NCBI GenBank assembly: GCA_039807025.1
Contig: JBDHQK010000001.1
Coordinates: 1,418 to 65,417 of the forward strand
Reading direction: 5' to 3'
Source of the DNA: Lacunisphaera sp.
Lineage (GTDB): Bacteria; Verrucomicrobiota; Verrucomicrobiia; Opitutales; Opitutaceae
Length of the DNA stretch: 64,000 bases
Shown here: piece by piece, positions 9,747 to 24,357 of the stretch
Layout: each line of letters opens with the position of its first letter
How positions within the stretch are numbered: position 1 is the first letter of the stretch
Notes under the pieces: model-generated
What the model saw: the letters and a program-made list of their open reading frames with translations, nothing else
Told to the model about the DNA's origin: nothing
Database searches by the model: none
Position numbers and translations under genes: made by a program

Positions 9747-10761
9747 TTTGGTATGAGGCGATCAGGGAGAATAGGCCGACCCAACGCTCCTCGGCGGAGC
9801 CCAAGCTCACACCTTCAGCCAGAGTGATATTGAGCGATCCAAGCCACGGCAGCACGTCCATTTTCATTACCGGCACACCGAGCGAACCCGCCATGGTCGT
9901 GCCCAGCCAGCTCAGCGTGGAGGGCAACTGCGTGCAGAAAACGCTGCCGATGGACTGGCCGGTCTGCACCTCATAGAAGCCGATGGATGATTGCAGTTCC
10001 TTCAGGAGTTTCTTCACCAAGGCGCCGCCCATGCTGGTGAAATCAAACGTGTTGGAATAAAAAAGCTTCTTGGCTGATTCCTCGTCCTTGAGGCCCAGTT
10101 CCTTCTGCACCACCGGGATCATCGCGGCAATGCCACTGGGAATAGGCCGGGAGATATCCACCCCGTCGGCACTGAGGATGTAGCTCTGGGTCGATTCTTC
10201 GCCGATTTCGAGCAGCAGCACCGGGGATTTGCTCTGCTTGAACTTCAGGTAGCTGATCAATCCGCCCATCGTCGCCACCGTGCCGAGCTCCAAGCGCTCC
10301 GGATACACGCCCAGTTCGAGCAATTTGTCCTGGATCGTAATGATCTCCTCGGAGGGCAAACCGCAAAACAGCACTTCCTTTTGGTTCGCCTTGCCCAGAT
10401 CATATTCGCCGCCGTCGTCAAAATTCAGGGCCTTGATGGTGTATTTCTCGGAATCAACCCGGAATTGTTGGGTGTAGATCTCGTTAAAATAGGTGGGGTC
10501 CTTGACCTTCTTCACGTCCAGGGTGTGGCGCCGGATGATGCGCTTGGCTGGATAAACCCCGCAGGTCGCATGGGCATAGCCGCTCGAACCTTTGCCGTCG
10601 GACCCCTTGATCCATTCGGTGAGCGCCCCGATGTCAGTCGAAGAGAACTCTTTGAGCTCCTCGATTACATAAGGCGCCTCCGGCTGGGATAGCCGGGCTA
10701 CCAGCGTCGAGTGGTCGCCGACTTCAACGCAAAAGCCTTTCGATTTTTTCGCGAGAAACAT
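9721..10761 (-). CDS. PilM-like actin-fold pilus assembly protein
   Basis: LLLEIGEEST, SRPIPSG and KELQSSIGFY resemble PilM. First gene of an MNOPQ-type gene order. Confidence 0.7.
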   Translation of the reverse strand: MFLAKKSKGFCVEVGDHSTLVARLSQPEAPYVIEELKEFSSTDIGALTEWIKGSDGKGSSGYAHATCGVYPAKRIIRRHTLDVKKVKDPTYFNEIYTQQFRVDSEKYTIKALNFDDGGEYDLGKANQKEVLFCGLPSEEIITIQDKLLELGVYPERLELGTVATMGGLISYLKFKQSKSPVLLLEIGEESTQSYILSADGVDISRPIPSGIAAMIPVVQKELGLKDEESAKKLFYSNTFDFTSMGGALVKKLLKELQSSIGFYEVQTGQSIGSVFCTQLPSTLSWLGTTMAGSLGVPVMKMDVLPWLGSLNITLAEGVSLGSAEERWVGLFSLIASYQNAVPDEKK

Positions 10762-10972
10762 GCCGGGGCAGGTGGTAGGTGGGGTGGGTTCTTACGGATT
10801 AATCAGCGCGGCTGGCTTGCTAAGTCACCAGCGTTGATTGGGTAAAACTCATTTGCAGGACATGCTGGATACGGGGCACTTACCCACCTGACAAGACGAA
10901 AACTACAATCCACTCACCGTGCACCAACAGTTTCCCTAATGTTTTACTTTCTAACTATCTGTTATGGAACGC

Positions 10973-11000
10973 AAAAAAACCCGCCAATGCTGGCGGGTTT
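10973..11000 (-). terminator. Intrinsic terminator downstream of the bS22-like gene
   Basis: AAAAAAACCCGCCA-atgc-TGGCGGGTTT. Confidence 0.75.
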
Positions 11001-11033
11001 GCATTAAATCGGCCTACTTGGGCCAAGACGGCA

Positions 11034-11135
11034 CTATTTCTGCCACGTGCGCTTCTTGTGACGGTTCGCCTTGAGGCGTTTCCGGCGTTTGTGTTTCGAC
11101 ATCTTTAGACGCCGTTTCTTTTTCAGATTACCCAT
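11034..11135 (-). CDS. 33-aa basic protein, bS22/mS38 (AURKAIP1/COX24 domain) ribosomal protein-like
   Basis: Manual translation [33 protein letters not shown], matching the KKRRxKMxKHKxRK pattern. Has its own terminator. Below the ORF-track cutoff. Confidence 0.85.
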   Translation of the reverse strand: MGNLKKKRRLKMSKHKRRKRLKANRHKKRTWQK

Positions 11136-11202
11136 AGGTTTAAGAGTGGTTTGGAGGCGAAAAGTGCGGCCTCTATTCTACCCTGTAAAGCCTTTTCCCT
11201 CG

Positions 11203-14200
11203 TCATGGGCCGGCTTGCCATCCCTGCCAGTCACCCGATCCGGTCGCATACACGCCCAGTTCGATGGCCTGCTCGGGGAAAAAATGCCGCAGACAAGTCC
11301 CATAAGCCTCCAGCTGGATCCTATATTCCTCGACCAAGCGTTGCACCAATATCCCGTCCGTCTCCCCCACTCGTCGGCGGTTGGTTTTCCAATCGATGAC
11401 CAGCAGCCTTCCGCCCGCCTCGTCCTGCGCCACCAGATCGATGACCCCATCCACCCAGCCGGCCTGGCGCAGTGGTGCCACGACGCTGGCCTCGGTTAAA
11501 ATCCGCCAGCGCGGCGAACGCAATTCCCGCCACAACCCACTCGCCCGCAGTTTCGCGAGCTCGCCCTCGCCCCGCGGCGCAAAGCCCTGCTTCGCCGCGG
11601 CCTGCAGCCGGTCCTTCAGGTAGCTTTCTATCTCCACTTCGCCCGCGCGCCAGGGAAGAAACTCCATGGTTTCGTGCCACCACAGGCCATATTCGATCGG
11701 ATCCTCGCGTCCGGTCGGGATCGGTTCGCCTTCCCCCGATTCGTGCCGGAGCGCGCGCACCGTATCAGGCTTTTGCGCCAGCTGGTGGGGCAGCAGCCGC
11801 TGCGGGAAGTCCACCCGCGCGCCACCCGCCGCATCCGCGATCTGCATCGGTTCCTGCCGCGTCGATTCAGGCCGGGCCGCCGGCAATGCAAAACTGGTCT
11901 CCGCCACCCCGGGCAGCTTCGTCAGGTCCGCCCCCCACAAATCCAGAAAACTTCCCTCATCCGCCGCCTCCCCCATCGGCAGCACGAGCACGCGACGTGC
12001 CCGCGTCAGCGTCACATAGAGCAACCGCACCAGTTCGCGCAGCCGCTCACGCTCGCGCGATTCCTTCATCGTCGCCGGCAGGCTGGCGCCGTCAAAATAC
12101 ACCCGTTGCTCCCCGGCCGCATCAGACAACAGCCGCAGGCCGGTCTCGTCGCGCTTGCCAATCTCGCGCCACAACCCGATGGGGATGACCACCGGCCACT
12201 CCAGGCCCTTGGCCGAGTGCGACGTCAGCAGGTTGATCGCATCGTCACTGGGCTTCCCGGCGGGCCGACCGGCCTCCAGTCCGGCCAGCAATTCTCCCAG
12301 CCAGGCGCGCGGCCCCGCGCCTTCGAGACCGAGCTCCGCCGCGTGCGCCAGCAGCCGCTCCAATTCGCCGTTGAGTGCGCCGCTCGGGTCAACCAGCCGG
12401 GCCTTCTCCTGCAAAGCCGTTGCCTGCACCAAGTCGTGCACGAACCGCTCCAAGGGCTCGCCCTCGGCTTCCACGCGACTGACAAAGAGCCGCAGCACCT
12501 CCAGCGCCGACCGCAGCGGTGCCGCGTGTTTCTCCGGCATCTCCCAGTTGAATTTTCGGTCCGGCCCGAGCTCAGCGGCGATCAAGGCGTCGCTGACGGT
12601 GAAAACCTCGCGCAACACTCCTGCCCACTCAAAAGTGTTTTCCGGATCGCAGACTGCCGCCAGCAGACCGGTCAGCCAGGCATAGGCGGGATTGTCGCCG
12701 TTGCGGTTCTTCCGCATTTGCAAAGCCGTCTTCAATCCCGCCGCCTCGAGCTCCTTGCGCGCCGTGACCAGCCACTCATTGCGCGGCGCGAGGATGCATA
12801 CCTCGCCCCAATGCCTCGCCCCCACCCCGGCCGGCCCATTTTCGCGCAGCCACGCGGCGACCTGCCGCACCTCCCCCGCCAGCCGGACCTCGACCTTGGT
12901 TTTTGGCGCCGCCGGGATCAGCGGCAGCACGCTGGCCGCGCCCGGCTCGTTCCGCGGCCCGGCTGCCAGCGCCTCGTAGTGAACCTGCAGCCGTGGGGCC
13001 GGGGCCCCTTCCGCCGGCGGCAACCCGCCATTGTGCTTCCGGGCCGGGCCGAAGGCCGCCGGCAGCGTGGCATTCAGGAGCCCGATCACCGCGTGCGGCG
13101 CGCGGAAAGTCACCTCGAAGGTTATCCGCTCGCCGCCGTCCCCGCGGGCAAAGGCCTCGAGGTGTCTCTGGAAATTCCTCACATCCGCCCGCGAGCTGTA
13201 GATCGACTGCTGCCCATCGCCGACCATGCAGAAATGCCCCGGCCGCGGCCCGGCGCCGCCCCGCCCGGGCCAGGTGCCCAACGGCGCGCCCACCGGACGC
13301 GTGATCTCGACCAGCACCTCGAACTGCTGCGGATCGGTGTCCTGCGCCTCGTCGAGCACGATGCGCCAGCCCTCGGCGCGGATGCGCTCGAGGGTCGCCG
13401 CGTCGTGCAGCACCTCGAACGCGGCCTCCACCTGATCCGCATAGGTCTGCACGCCGCGATCAAAGCGCCACGCGCGGTAGCGCAGCGCGAGTTCGCCCGC
13501 CAGCACGGCGCCCGCCTCCGCCAGCCAGGCCTTCACCGGCGCCAGGTAGGCCGCATAAAGCTCCTCGATGTTTGCCGCCGTGCCCTGCGGCTTCGGCAGC
13601 GGCAGGTAGCTGCGCTCCTCCCGGAAACGCCGGCGCCATTCTCCGGCCTGCGCCTGATTGTGTTTCAGCGGTTCCACGCCCCTCCCCTTGCTGGTTGCGG
13701 CGAGGATCATCGACAGCGCGCCGCTGGACGGCTCCGGGGGCGCGGCGGCGACCTTCGTCGCCTGCAGTCGCACGGCCGTGCCGCGGTCGAGCTCGCGCGC
13801 GAGCTCGAAGATCGAATCGAGCGGCGCATGCCGCAAAAACGCCTCGATCTGCGCCGGTGTGAGCGCGGTGAACTGCATCGCATCCTGCTCCAGAAACTCC
13901 TCCCACAGCGTCTCCTCCATGTCCGTGCCCTCGATCACCACCGGGTTGAGGTTCAACCCGAGCGCCTGGCCGTAGCGCTGCGCCAGCAGCAGGCAGAAGC
14001 TGTGGATCGTGCCGAAGAACGCGCGTTCCAGGTGATCGAGCGGCGCCAGGTCCGCCCGTCCCGCCTCCGCCAGCCGCCGCACCAGCACGGCCCGCGCGCG
14101 CTGGCCGATCTGGGCCGCGGCCTTCTTGGTGAAGGTCACGATCGCGGTTTTTCGCAGTTGTTCCGCCCCGCCCTCGCGCAGCGCCAGCGCCGCCAGCCGC

Positions 14201-14313
14201 TCGGAGATGGCCGTGGTCTTGCCGGAGCCCGCGTTCGCGCTCACGGCAAAGTTCCGGTCCCATTCATCGCGGAAGCGCTCGCGCGCCACGTGGTCGGTCA
14301 GGCGTTCACTCAT
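11203..14313 (-). CDS. addA: AddA-like UvrD/SF1 helicase with a C-terminal PD-(D/E)XK nuclease
   Basis: ANAGSGKT, TFTKKAA, GTIHSFC, LDEAQDT, VGDGQQSIY, TSHSAKGLEW, LLYVTLTRAR. Nuclease motifs GVIDLV..IDWKT..QLEAY. Confidence 0.85.
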   Translation of the reverse strand: MSERLTDHVARERFRDEWDRNFAVSANAGSGKTTAISERLAALALREGGAEQLRKTAIVTFTKKAAAQIGQRARAVLVRRLAEAGRADLAPLDHLERAFFGTIHSFCLLLAQRYGQALGLNLNPVVIEGTDMEETLWEEFLEQDAMQFTALTPAQIEAFLRHAPLDSIFELARELDRGTAVRLQATKVAAAPPEPSSGALSMILAATSKGRGVEPLKHNQAQAGEWRRRFREERSYLPLPKPQGTAANIEELYAAYLAPVKAWLAEAGAVLAGELALRYRAWRFDRGVQTYADQVEAAFEVLHDAATLERIRAEGWRIVLDEAQDTDPQQFEVLVEITRPVGAPLGTWPGRGGAGPRPGHFCMVGDGQQSIYSSRADVRNFQRHLEAFARGDGGERITFEVTFRAPHAVIGLLNATLPAAFGPARKHNGGLPPAEGAPAPRLQVHYEALAAGPRNEPGAASVLPLIPAAPKTKVEVRLAGEVRQVAAWLRENGPAGVGARHWGEVCILAPRNEWLVTARKELEAAGLKTALQMRKNRNGDNPAYAWLTGLLAAVCDPENTFEWAGVLREVFTVSDALIAAELGPDRKFNWEMPEKHAAPLRSALEVLRLFVSRVEAEGEPLERFVHDLVQATALQEKARLVDPSGALNGELERLLAHAAELGLEGAGPRAWLGELLAGLEAGRPAGKPSDDAINLLTSHSAKGLEWPVVIPIGLWREIGKRDETGLRLLSDAAGEQRVYFDGASLPATMKESRERERLRELVRLLYVTLTRARRVLVLPMGEAADEGSFLDLWGADLTKLPGVAETSFALPAARPESTRQEPMQIADAAGGARVDFPQRLLPHQLAQKPDTVRALRHESGEGEPIPTGREDPIEYGLWWHETMEFLPWRAGEVEIESYLKDRLQAAAKQGFAPRGEGELAKLRASGLWRELRSPRWRILTEASVVAPLRQAGWVDGVIDLVAQDEAGGRLLVIDWKTNRRRVGETDGILVQRLVEEYRIQLEAYGTCLRHFFPEQAIELGVYATGSGDWQGWQAGP

Positions 14314-17176
14314 CGGACACCTCCGCCGCGGCGGCACCGAAGGTCACCGCAAACTTCCGCTCCAACAGCGCGTGCCGAATCGGCGTGCAGGCCAGCGGCC
14401 ATTCGTAGCCGTGCGAAAAATCCGTCCGATCCGCCGTCCGCGCGCCGTAACGGCCCGTTGCCAGGTGCCGGCCCAGCTGCGCCAAGGAGGCCAGCGCCTC
14501 GGGCAACTCACTCAGGCCGAGGCTGGAGGGCTTGCCCGCATCGGGCTTCAACATCCACACCTGTGCGCCGGCCACCCCGAGGGTCCCGACCGCCGCGAGA
14601 TAGAGGCCGAGTTGCAGCGATGCGCCGCGTGCCATCGCCCGGGCCGACAGGCGCGCATCGGCGCCGGTCTTGAAATCCACCACCGTCACCTGCGCCCCCG
14701 CCCACTCCGGCCGGTCGCTCAACACGAGGTCCATCCGGCCCGCGATGCCCAGCCGCTCATCCTCTCCGCCGAGCCGGATGGCCGTGCCCGCCGGCAACTT
14801 GGCTTCCACCGCGACGAACCGGCCCGCCGGCAGGCGGTAGACCTGGGCCAGTAAACCGGCCGCCATTTCCCCCAGCTCGGCGTGGAAGGAATCCCAGTAG
14901 CGGTCGCGCGGCCACTGGCCGCGCAGCTTCGCCAGTTCCGCCGCCAGCTTCGTGCGGGCATCCCTCTCGGCGGGCAATTCCCTGAAAATGCCCTCGACCG
15001 GCGCACCGCGCAACGCCGCCGCCAGCACCCGGTGCACCAGCGAGCCGAGCGCCTTCTTCCGCGCCCGCACCAGGGGAGCCCAGCCGACGCGCTGCAGCCG
15101 CAGCACGCCCTCAAACCACAGCTCCGCCGGATCCTGCACCGCCCGCTCGATCAACCGGGGCGACAGTTCCGCCGGTCGGGTCACCCCCGGATCACCGCAC
15201 AGGAAATGCTCGTCGAACACCGCGCCCGGATCGCGCCGCCGCCGCCAGATATCGAACCATGGTCCAACCACCGCACCTTCCGCCACCGGCGGCGGCGCGA
15301 CCTCCCGCGCCAACCGGGCGAATTGTTCTTCCAAGCCCGCGGCCGCCTCCGCCGACCCGCCGGCCAGTATCACCCGCTCCAGCCACGCATTGGGTGCGAG
15401 CTTAAGCTCGGGCTCCTCCTCGTCGAACAAGGCGGCGGAAAAACCCACGCCACCCCGTGTGTTGGCCGCGAGTTCCGCCCAGCCCTGCTTCTCCACCCAG
15501 GCGCGGCTGTCGCTGGTGAGCAGCCCGAGGCCCGCCGGAGCCCGCCGGTTCAAGGCCTCCCGCTGCTCATCCGTCAGCCAGCACCCGGACTCCGTGCGCA
15601 GCGGCCAGACGCCGGCGTTGCTCTCGACAAAGATGATGTCCGACCAAGCCAATGACGCCGCGCGCCGCCAGGTGGTGAGCGTGACCGGCGCGAATAATCC
15701 GCGCCCCGGTGCGCCGGTCGCCGCGCTTTTTTCCGGCAGGAATGAAACCAGCGCCGCCAGCACCACCTTGGCGGGAAACGCCCGCCGATCCTGCTGCGCA
15801 TAGGTCGCAAGCGCCGGCCACGCTTCGGCCCCCGGCAGGCCGAAGCGCCCGCCCACGGCCGCGAAGCGCTCCAAGGCCTCCGCCAGGGTGAGCCGGTCCG
15901 GCCACGCGGGCAGCAGCAACCCGGCCACGCGCGCCACCTCCCGCCACTCCGGCCGCTCGCGGGCCGCGAGGTCGGGCAGCACGGGCGCGAGCTGGTGCGT
16001 TTGCCGGGCGTCAAAGACCCGCTCGCACACGTCGCGCGCCAGTCCCGCCGGGAGCTGGGTGTGCCCGATCGCGTGCAACAGCGGCCACAGCGCCATCAGT
16101 TCCTCGAGGCGCGCGCCGCGGGCGTAGAAATCCAGCAGGGCGCGCTGCAATTGGGTGTCCGCCGCCACCGGTCCCGCCGTTTCCAACAGGTCATTGAACG
16201 GCAGTCCGCGCTCCGCGAGGAGCCGCACCAGGCGCAGGTGCGCCGCTCCGGCCCGCGGGAAAATGACCGCAAGGTTGTCCGCCCCCGCCGCCAGGCGCCG
16301 GGAGATATCGTCCGCGACCAGCTGCATCTCATCGGCGCGCGTGTGCCCGACCAGCAGCGTGGCGTCCCCCGCCCCCCCGCTTCCGCCGGTCCACAGACGC
16401 GCGATCGCGGCGCCGGAACCTGCCGCCTCGGGCGCGTCCAGCGGCAAGGCCTCGACCCCCAGCGCCTTTTCCCACGCCTCGACCCAACGCTCGTCTCCGT
16501 CCTTCCGGCCGAATTCCGGCCCGGGCAGCAGCACGGTGACCGCGCGAGCGTGCCGCGCGAGCGCCACGAGCGAGGCGAACTCGCGCCCGTGCTCCACGGC
16601 AAAACCGTAGAGCAGCAACCGGCCGCCCAACCGCGAGGTGGCCGACCCAGGTGCCGTGGCCGCGGCGATACTTTGGCGCGGCGCGAAATCATATCCCGCC
16701 TGCGTCACGCGTTGCTCCAGCTCGCCAAAGATGTCCCGCAGCGAGGGCTGCGGAAAATCCCGTGCCGTGAAACCCGCCTGCATCAGCTCGTCAAAGGCGT
16801 CGAGCGCCCCTTCCGGATCACTCTGCAGGCTTTTCCAGAGGCCCCAGGCCGGCGCTTCCGGCGCGAGCGGCGCCAGCCGTTCCTCGATGAGCGCGCGCAG
16901 GTTGAGCAGCAGCAGCTCGCGGCCCAGCGCCGGACGGGCGGGCGGGGCCAGCGCGACCCATTTCTGGCGCGCGAGCCGGGGCGTGAGAAATTCCACCCCC
17001 AGCAGCGGCAGGCCCTCGCGCACGCAGCGCAGCTTGAGCGCGTGCGCCTGGCCGCGCGTCGGCACGAGCACGTAATCGCGCCGCAACGCCGCGGGCGCAG
17101 CCAGCCACGGACGCACGATTTCGCGCCAGGCGGCATCCCAGTCGCGGGCGAGATGGAGTTCGCACTTTGGTTGCAC
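14306..17176 (-). CDS. addB: AddB-like inactive helicase with a PD-(D/E)XK nuclease
   Basis: N-terminal VLVPT, C-terminal GRMDLV..VVDFKTG..LQLGLY. Overlaps the addA start. Start taken at GTG (VQPKCEL) and is uncertain. Confidence 0.75.
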   Translation of the reverse strand: MQPKCELHLARDWDAAWREIVRPWLAAPAALRRDYVLVPTRGQAHALKLRCVREGLPLLGVEFLTPRLARQKWVALAPPARPALGRELLLLNLRALIEERLAPLAPEAPAWGLWKSLQSDPEGALDAFDELMQAGFTARDFPQPSLRDIFGELEQRVTQAGYDFAPRQSIAAATAPGSATSRLGGRLLLYGFAVEHGREFASLVALARHARAVTVLLPGPEFGRKDGDERWVEAWEKALGVEALPLDAPEAAGSGAAIARLWTGGSGGAGDATLLVGHTRADEMQLVADDISRRLAAGADNLAVIFPRAGAAHLRLVRLLAERGLPFNDLLETAGPVAADTQLQRALLDFYARGARLEELMALWPLLHAIGHTQLPAGLARDVCERVFDARQTHQLAPVLPDLAARERPEWREVARVAGLLLPAWPDRLTLAEALERFAAVGGRFGLPGAEAWPALATYAQQDRRAFPAKVVLAALVSFLPEKSAATGAPGRGLFAPVTLTTWRRAASLAWSDIIFVESNAGVWPLRTESGCWLTDEQREALNRRAPAGLGLLTSDSRAWVEKQGWAELAANTRGGVGFSAALFDEEEPELKLAPNAWLERVILAGGSAEAAAGLEEQFARLAREVAPPPVAEGAVVGPWFDIWRRRRDPGAVFDEHFLCGDPGVTRPAELSPRLIERAVQDPAELWFEGVLRLQRVGWAPLVRARKKALGSLVHRVLAAALRGAPVEGIFRELPAERDARTKLAAELAKLRGQWPRDRYWDSFHAELGEMAAGLLAQVYRLPAGRFVAVEAKLPAGTAIRLGGEDERLGIAGRMDLVLSDRPEWAGAQVTVVDFKTGADARLSARAMARGASLQLGLYLAAVGTLGVAGAQVWMLKPDAGKPSSLGLSELPEALASLAQLGRHLATGRYGARTADRTDFSHGYEWPLACTPIRHALLERKFAVTFGAAAAEVSDE

Positions 17177-17241
17177 GGGCGCGGCGATGAACACCAATCC
17201 CTCCGGCAAACTCAACCCTTCATCGGCCGGCGGCAGCCAAC

Positions 17242-17278
17242 AAAAAGCCCCGCGGCGGTGAGGCGCGCGGGGCAAAAA
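17242..17278 (-). terminator. Intrinsic terminator after rpsT
   Basis: AAAAGCCCCGCG..CGCGGGGC stem. Confidence 0.6.
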
Positions 17279-17296
17279 TTGTCGCTGTCGGTCCGC

Positions 17297-17563
17297 TTAC
17301 TTCTTCGCCGGGAAGATATGCTTGGCGAGCTGCGCCTTGTGGTTCGAGGCCGAGTTGCGGTGAATGACGTTGCTCTTGACGGCCTTGTCGAGGGCGGAGC
17401 TGTAGGCGATGGCGGCGGCGCGGATCTTCTCGGTATCGGTGCCCTTGGCGGCGGCGGCGACGGCCTTGGCGAGGGATTTCAGGCGGGTCTTCGTCGCCTG
17501 GTTGCGCACGGCGTTGCGGGTGGATTTGCGGGCTGCCTTGATAGCGGACTTGGTGTTGGCCAT
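17297..17563 (-). CDS. rpsT: 30S ribosomal protein S20
   Basis: MANTKSAIKAARKS..RN..LDKAVKSNVIHRNSASNHKAQL. Confidence 0.96.
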   Translation of the reverse strand: MANTKSAIKAARKSTRNAVRNQATKTRLKSLAKAVAAAAKGTDTEKIRAAAIAYSSALDKAVKSNVIHRNSASNHKAQLAKHIFPAKK

Positions 17564-17769
17564 GGTGGTTGGAAAATTTGGAAGGGCGAAAGACCCAAAA
17601 TCCCCGGGGTGAGTCAAGCGCTTTCCCGTTCTGCTTCAGAGGTGGGATCCGCCTCCGGACGGGTTGGTTGGGCCTTGAAAGCGCACCCAAAGGCCGCGCT
17701 CCACCCCCAAGCATCCTGTAAAAATGGAGCGGGGCGCGCTGCTTATGGCCGCGCGCCCCGCGTATGGAC

Positions 17770-18180
17770 TAGTTTCGAAGCCGGTAAGCCGGATTCTGTC
17801 GGGTGCCGCGAACGGCACCCGTGATCTTCATTTCTCTAGGTCCGCCCTAAGGCGGGCCTCCCCGGACTGCCGGCTTGCGCCGGCGCCCGGGGTGCGACTA
17901 ACCCGGGACTGTCCGACGGGCCGCCGAGTCCCCTATTTAGTCTTGCACCGGATTGGGTTTTTCGTGCCGCCGTCGTTGCCTTCGGCGCGGTGGGCTCTTA
18001 CCCCACCTTTTCACCCTTGCCTCGCGGTTGCCCGCGGGGCGGTCTGTTCTCTGTGACACTTTCCGTCAGGCCGCCTTGAAGCGACCCGCCCCCGCTTTCA
18101 CGGGGAATCCCGCCCTGTGGTGTCCGGACTTTCCTCTCCTGGTTCAAAGAACACGGAGCGAAGATCTGGCCCCGAAACTA
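17770..18180 (-). ncRNA. rnpB: RNase P RNA (bacterial type A)
   Basis: Minus strand has GAGGAAAGTCCGGACAC near the 5' end, GGAAAGTGTCACAGA, GGGTGAAAAGGTGGGGTAAGAGCCCACC, AAACCCAATCCGGTGCAAG and a 3' ACAGAATCCGGCTTA. The ends pair as TAGTTTCGGGGCC / GGCTTCGAAACTA (P1). Ends approximate. Confidence 0.95.
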
Positions 18181-18885
18181 GGACGCCCAATAGACCACCC
18201 GGCCGCACTGGTCGCAAGTGGCAATTTCCGCGCCGGTCTTCGCGGCGGAGACGATGTGGGGCGGCACCTTCAGGTGGCAACCGCCGCAGAGCCCGCCGTT
18301 TACCGCCACGCAGACCGGGTGCCCGGGCCTGATCGCCACCCGGTCGTAAATCTTCAATTGCGACACCGGCACCGCCGGGCGGGCCGCCGCCACCGCGGCC
18401 ACGGCCGCCTGATGCTCGGCCTGCAGCTGCGCCTCGCGCTCGCGCAGGATGCGGATCTTTCCCTCGTGGCCGGAAATATTCTGCTTCAACTCGGCCTCGG
18501 CGGCGGCGAAGCGCTTTTTCGCCTCGTCGATGGCATACATCACCTTCAGCTCCTCCTCCTCGAAGCCGCCGATGGCCGCCTCGGTGGCCTCGATCTCGTG
18601 CGTGAGGGCCTTGTATTCGTCGTTCTTGCGCACCTCGAGCTGCTGCGTGCGGTATTTGGCGGCCTTGCCCTCGGCGCTCTTGATCTCGACCTCAAGCAGC
18701 TTCTTCTTCGATTCCAAGGCGTGCCATTCGGCCTTGGCGGCCTCGATGGCGGCCTTCTCCGCCGCGATCCGCGCCTCGACCGCCGCGATTTCGCGGGGTG
18801 CCGCCTGCAGTTGGTGCTCGATGCCCAGTCGCCTCGTGTCGGATTCTTGCAGCGCCAGCAGGGTGGACAAATCGAGAGCAGCCAT
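18178..18885 (-). CDS. Coiled-coil protein with a C4-type zinc ribbon (HP0958/CT398-like)
   Basis: Long coiled coil (KNDEYKALTHEIE), C-terminal CGGCH..CDQCGR. Confidence 0.88.
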   Translation of the reverse strand: MAALDLSTLLALQESDTRRLGIEHQLQAAPREIAAVEARIAAEKAAIEAAKAEWHALESKKKLLEVEIKSAEGKAAKYRTQQLEVRKNDEYKALTHEIEATEAAIGGFEEEELKVMYAIDEAKKRFAAAEAELKQNISGHEGKIRILREREAQLQAEHQAAVAAVAAARPAVPVSQLKIYDRVAIRPGHPVCVAVNGGLCGGCHLKVPPHIVSAAKTGAEIATCDQCGRVVYWAS

Positions 18886-19162
18886 GGCGGCGACATTGCG
18901 GCGCGGCGCGCCCTGCGGTCAAACGAAACTTTCCGCCGCGGAGCCGGTCGGTATCGAGGACCGAAATTTGGCCTGAAACGCGCTTGTTGTCCGGGCCGGC
19001 GGCAGCCGTAATTTTCGCACAAAAAGAGGCTGTTTCTAAATGCTGGGCATCAAGGTTTTGAGCGTGTGTTTTTTACGCAGAAAATAACTCGGGAAATCGC
19101 GAAAAAACCCTTGTCGGCGAACCCGGTTTGCGTGACCTTTTTTCAACTCATTTTCGCTCTAA

Positions 19163-21685
<2,523 letters not shown>

Positions 21686-21702
21686 GCCGCCCGCTCCGCC
21701 GC

Positions 21703-21728
21703 TTACAGCTTAAACCTTAAAGCTTACC
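21703..21728. repeat. Short heptamer-periodic tandem repeat in the gyrB-gyrA spacer
   Basis: CTTACAG-CTTAAAC-CTTAAAG-CTTAC. Confidence 0.5.
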
Positions 21729-21738
21729 TCTCTCCTCA

Positions 21739-24303
<2,565 letters not shown>

Positions 24304-24316
24304 TACCGCCGCCGAC

Positions 24317-24350
24317 AAGGCGCACCCGCACCGGGTGCGCCTTTTTCTTT
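24317..24350 (+). terminator. Intrinsic terminator after gyrA
   Basis: AAGGCGCACCCG-cac-CGGGTGCGCCTTTTTCTTT. Confidence 0.85.
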
Positions 24351-24357
24351 CACCGGC

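Noticed and set aside
10762-10970. c-di-GMP riboswitch ahead of the pil-like operon
   Set aside because: The GEMM consensus (GGCAAA..GAAA..GACGCAAAG) was not found by eye. Only generic inverted repeats are present.
11674-14673. 999-aa plus-strand ORF and other very long antisense ORFs (19148-21271, 21736-24384, 34762-36504, 15995-17824)
   Set aside because: Shadow frames of well-supported genes in GC-rich DNA, with no motifs and Arg/Gly/Ala-biased composition
11203-17176. Helicase-nuclease pair as a novel defence system
   Set aside because: Architecture, gene order and core-genome context next to rpsT fit housekeeping AddAB recombination
18886-19162. Possible replication origin in the AT-rich region before gyrB
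   Set aside because: No TTATCCACA-like DnaA boxes and no dnaA/dnaN nearby. Best explained as divergent promoters.
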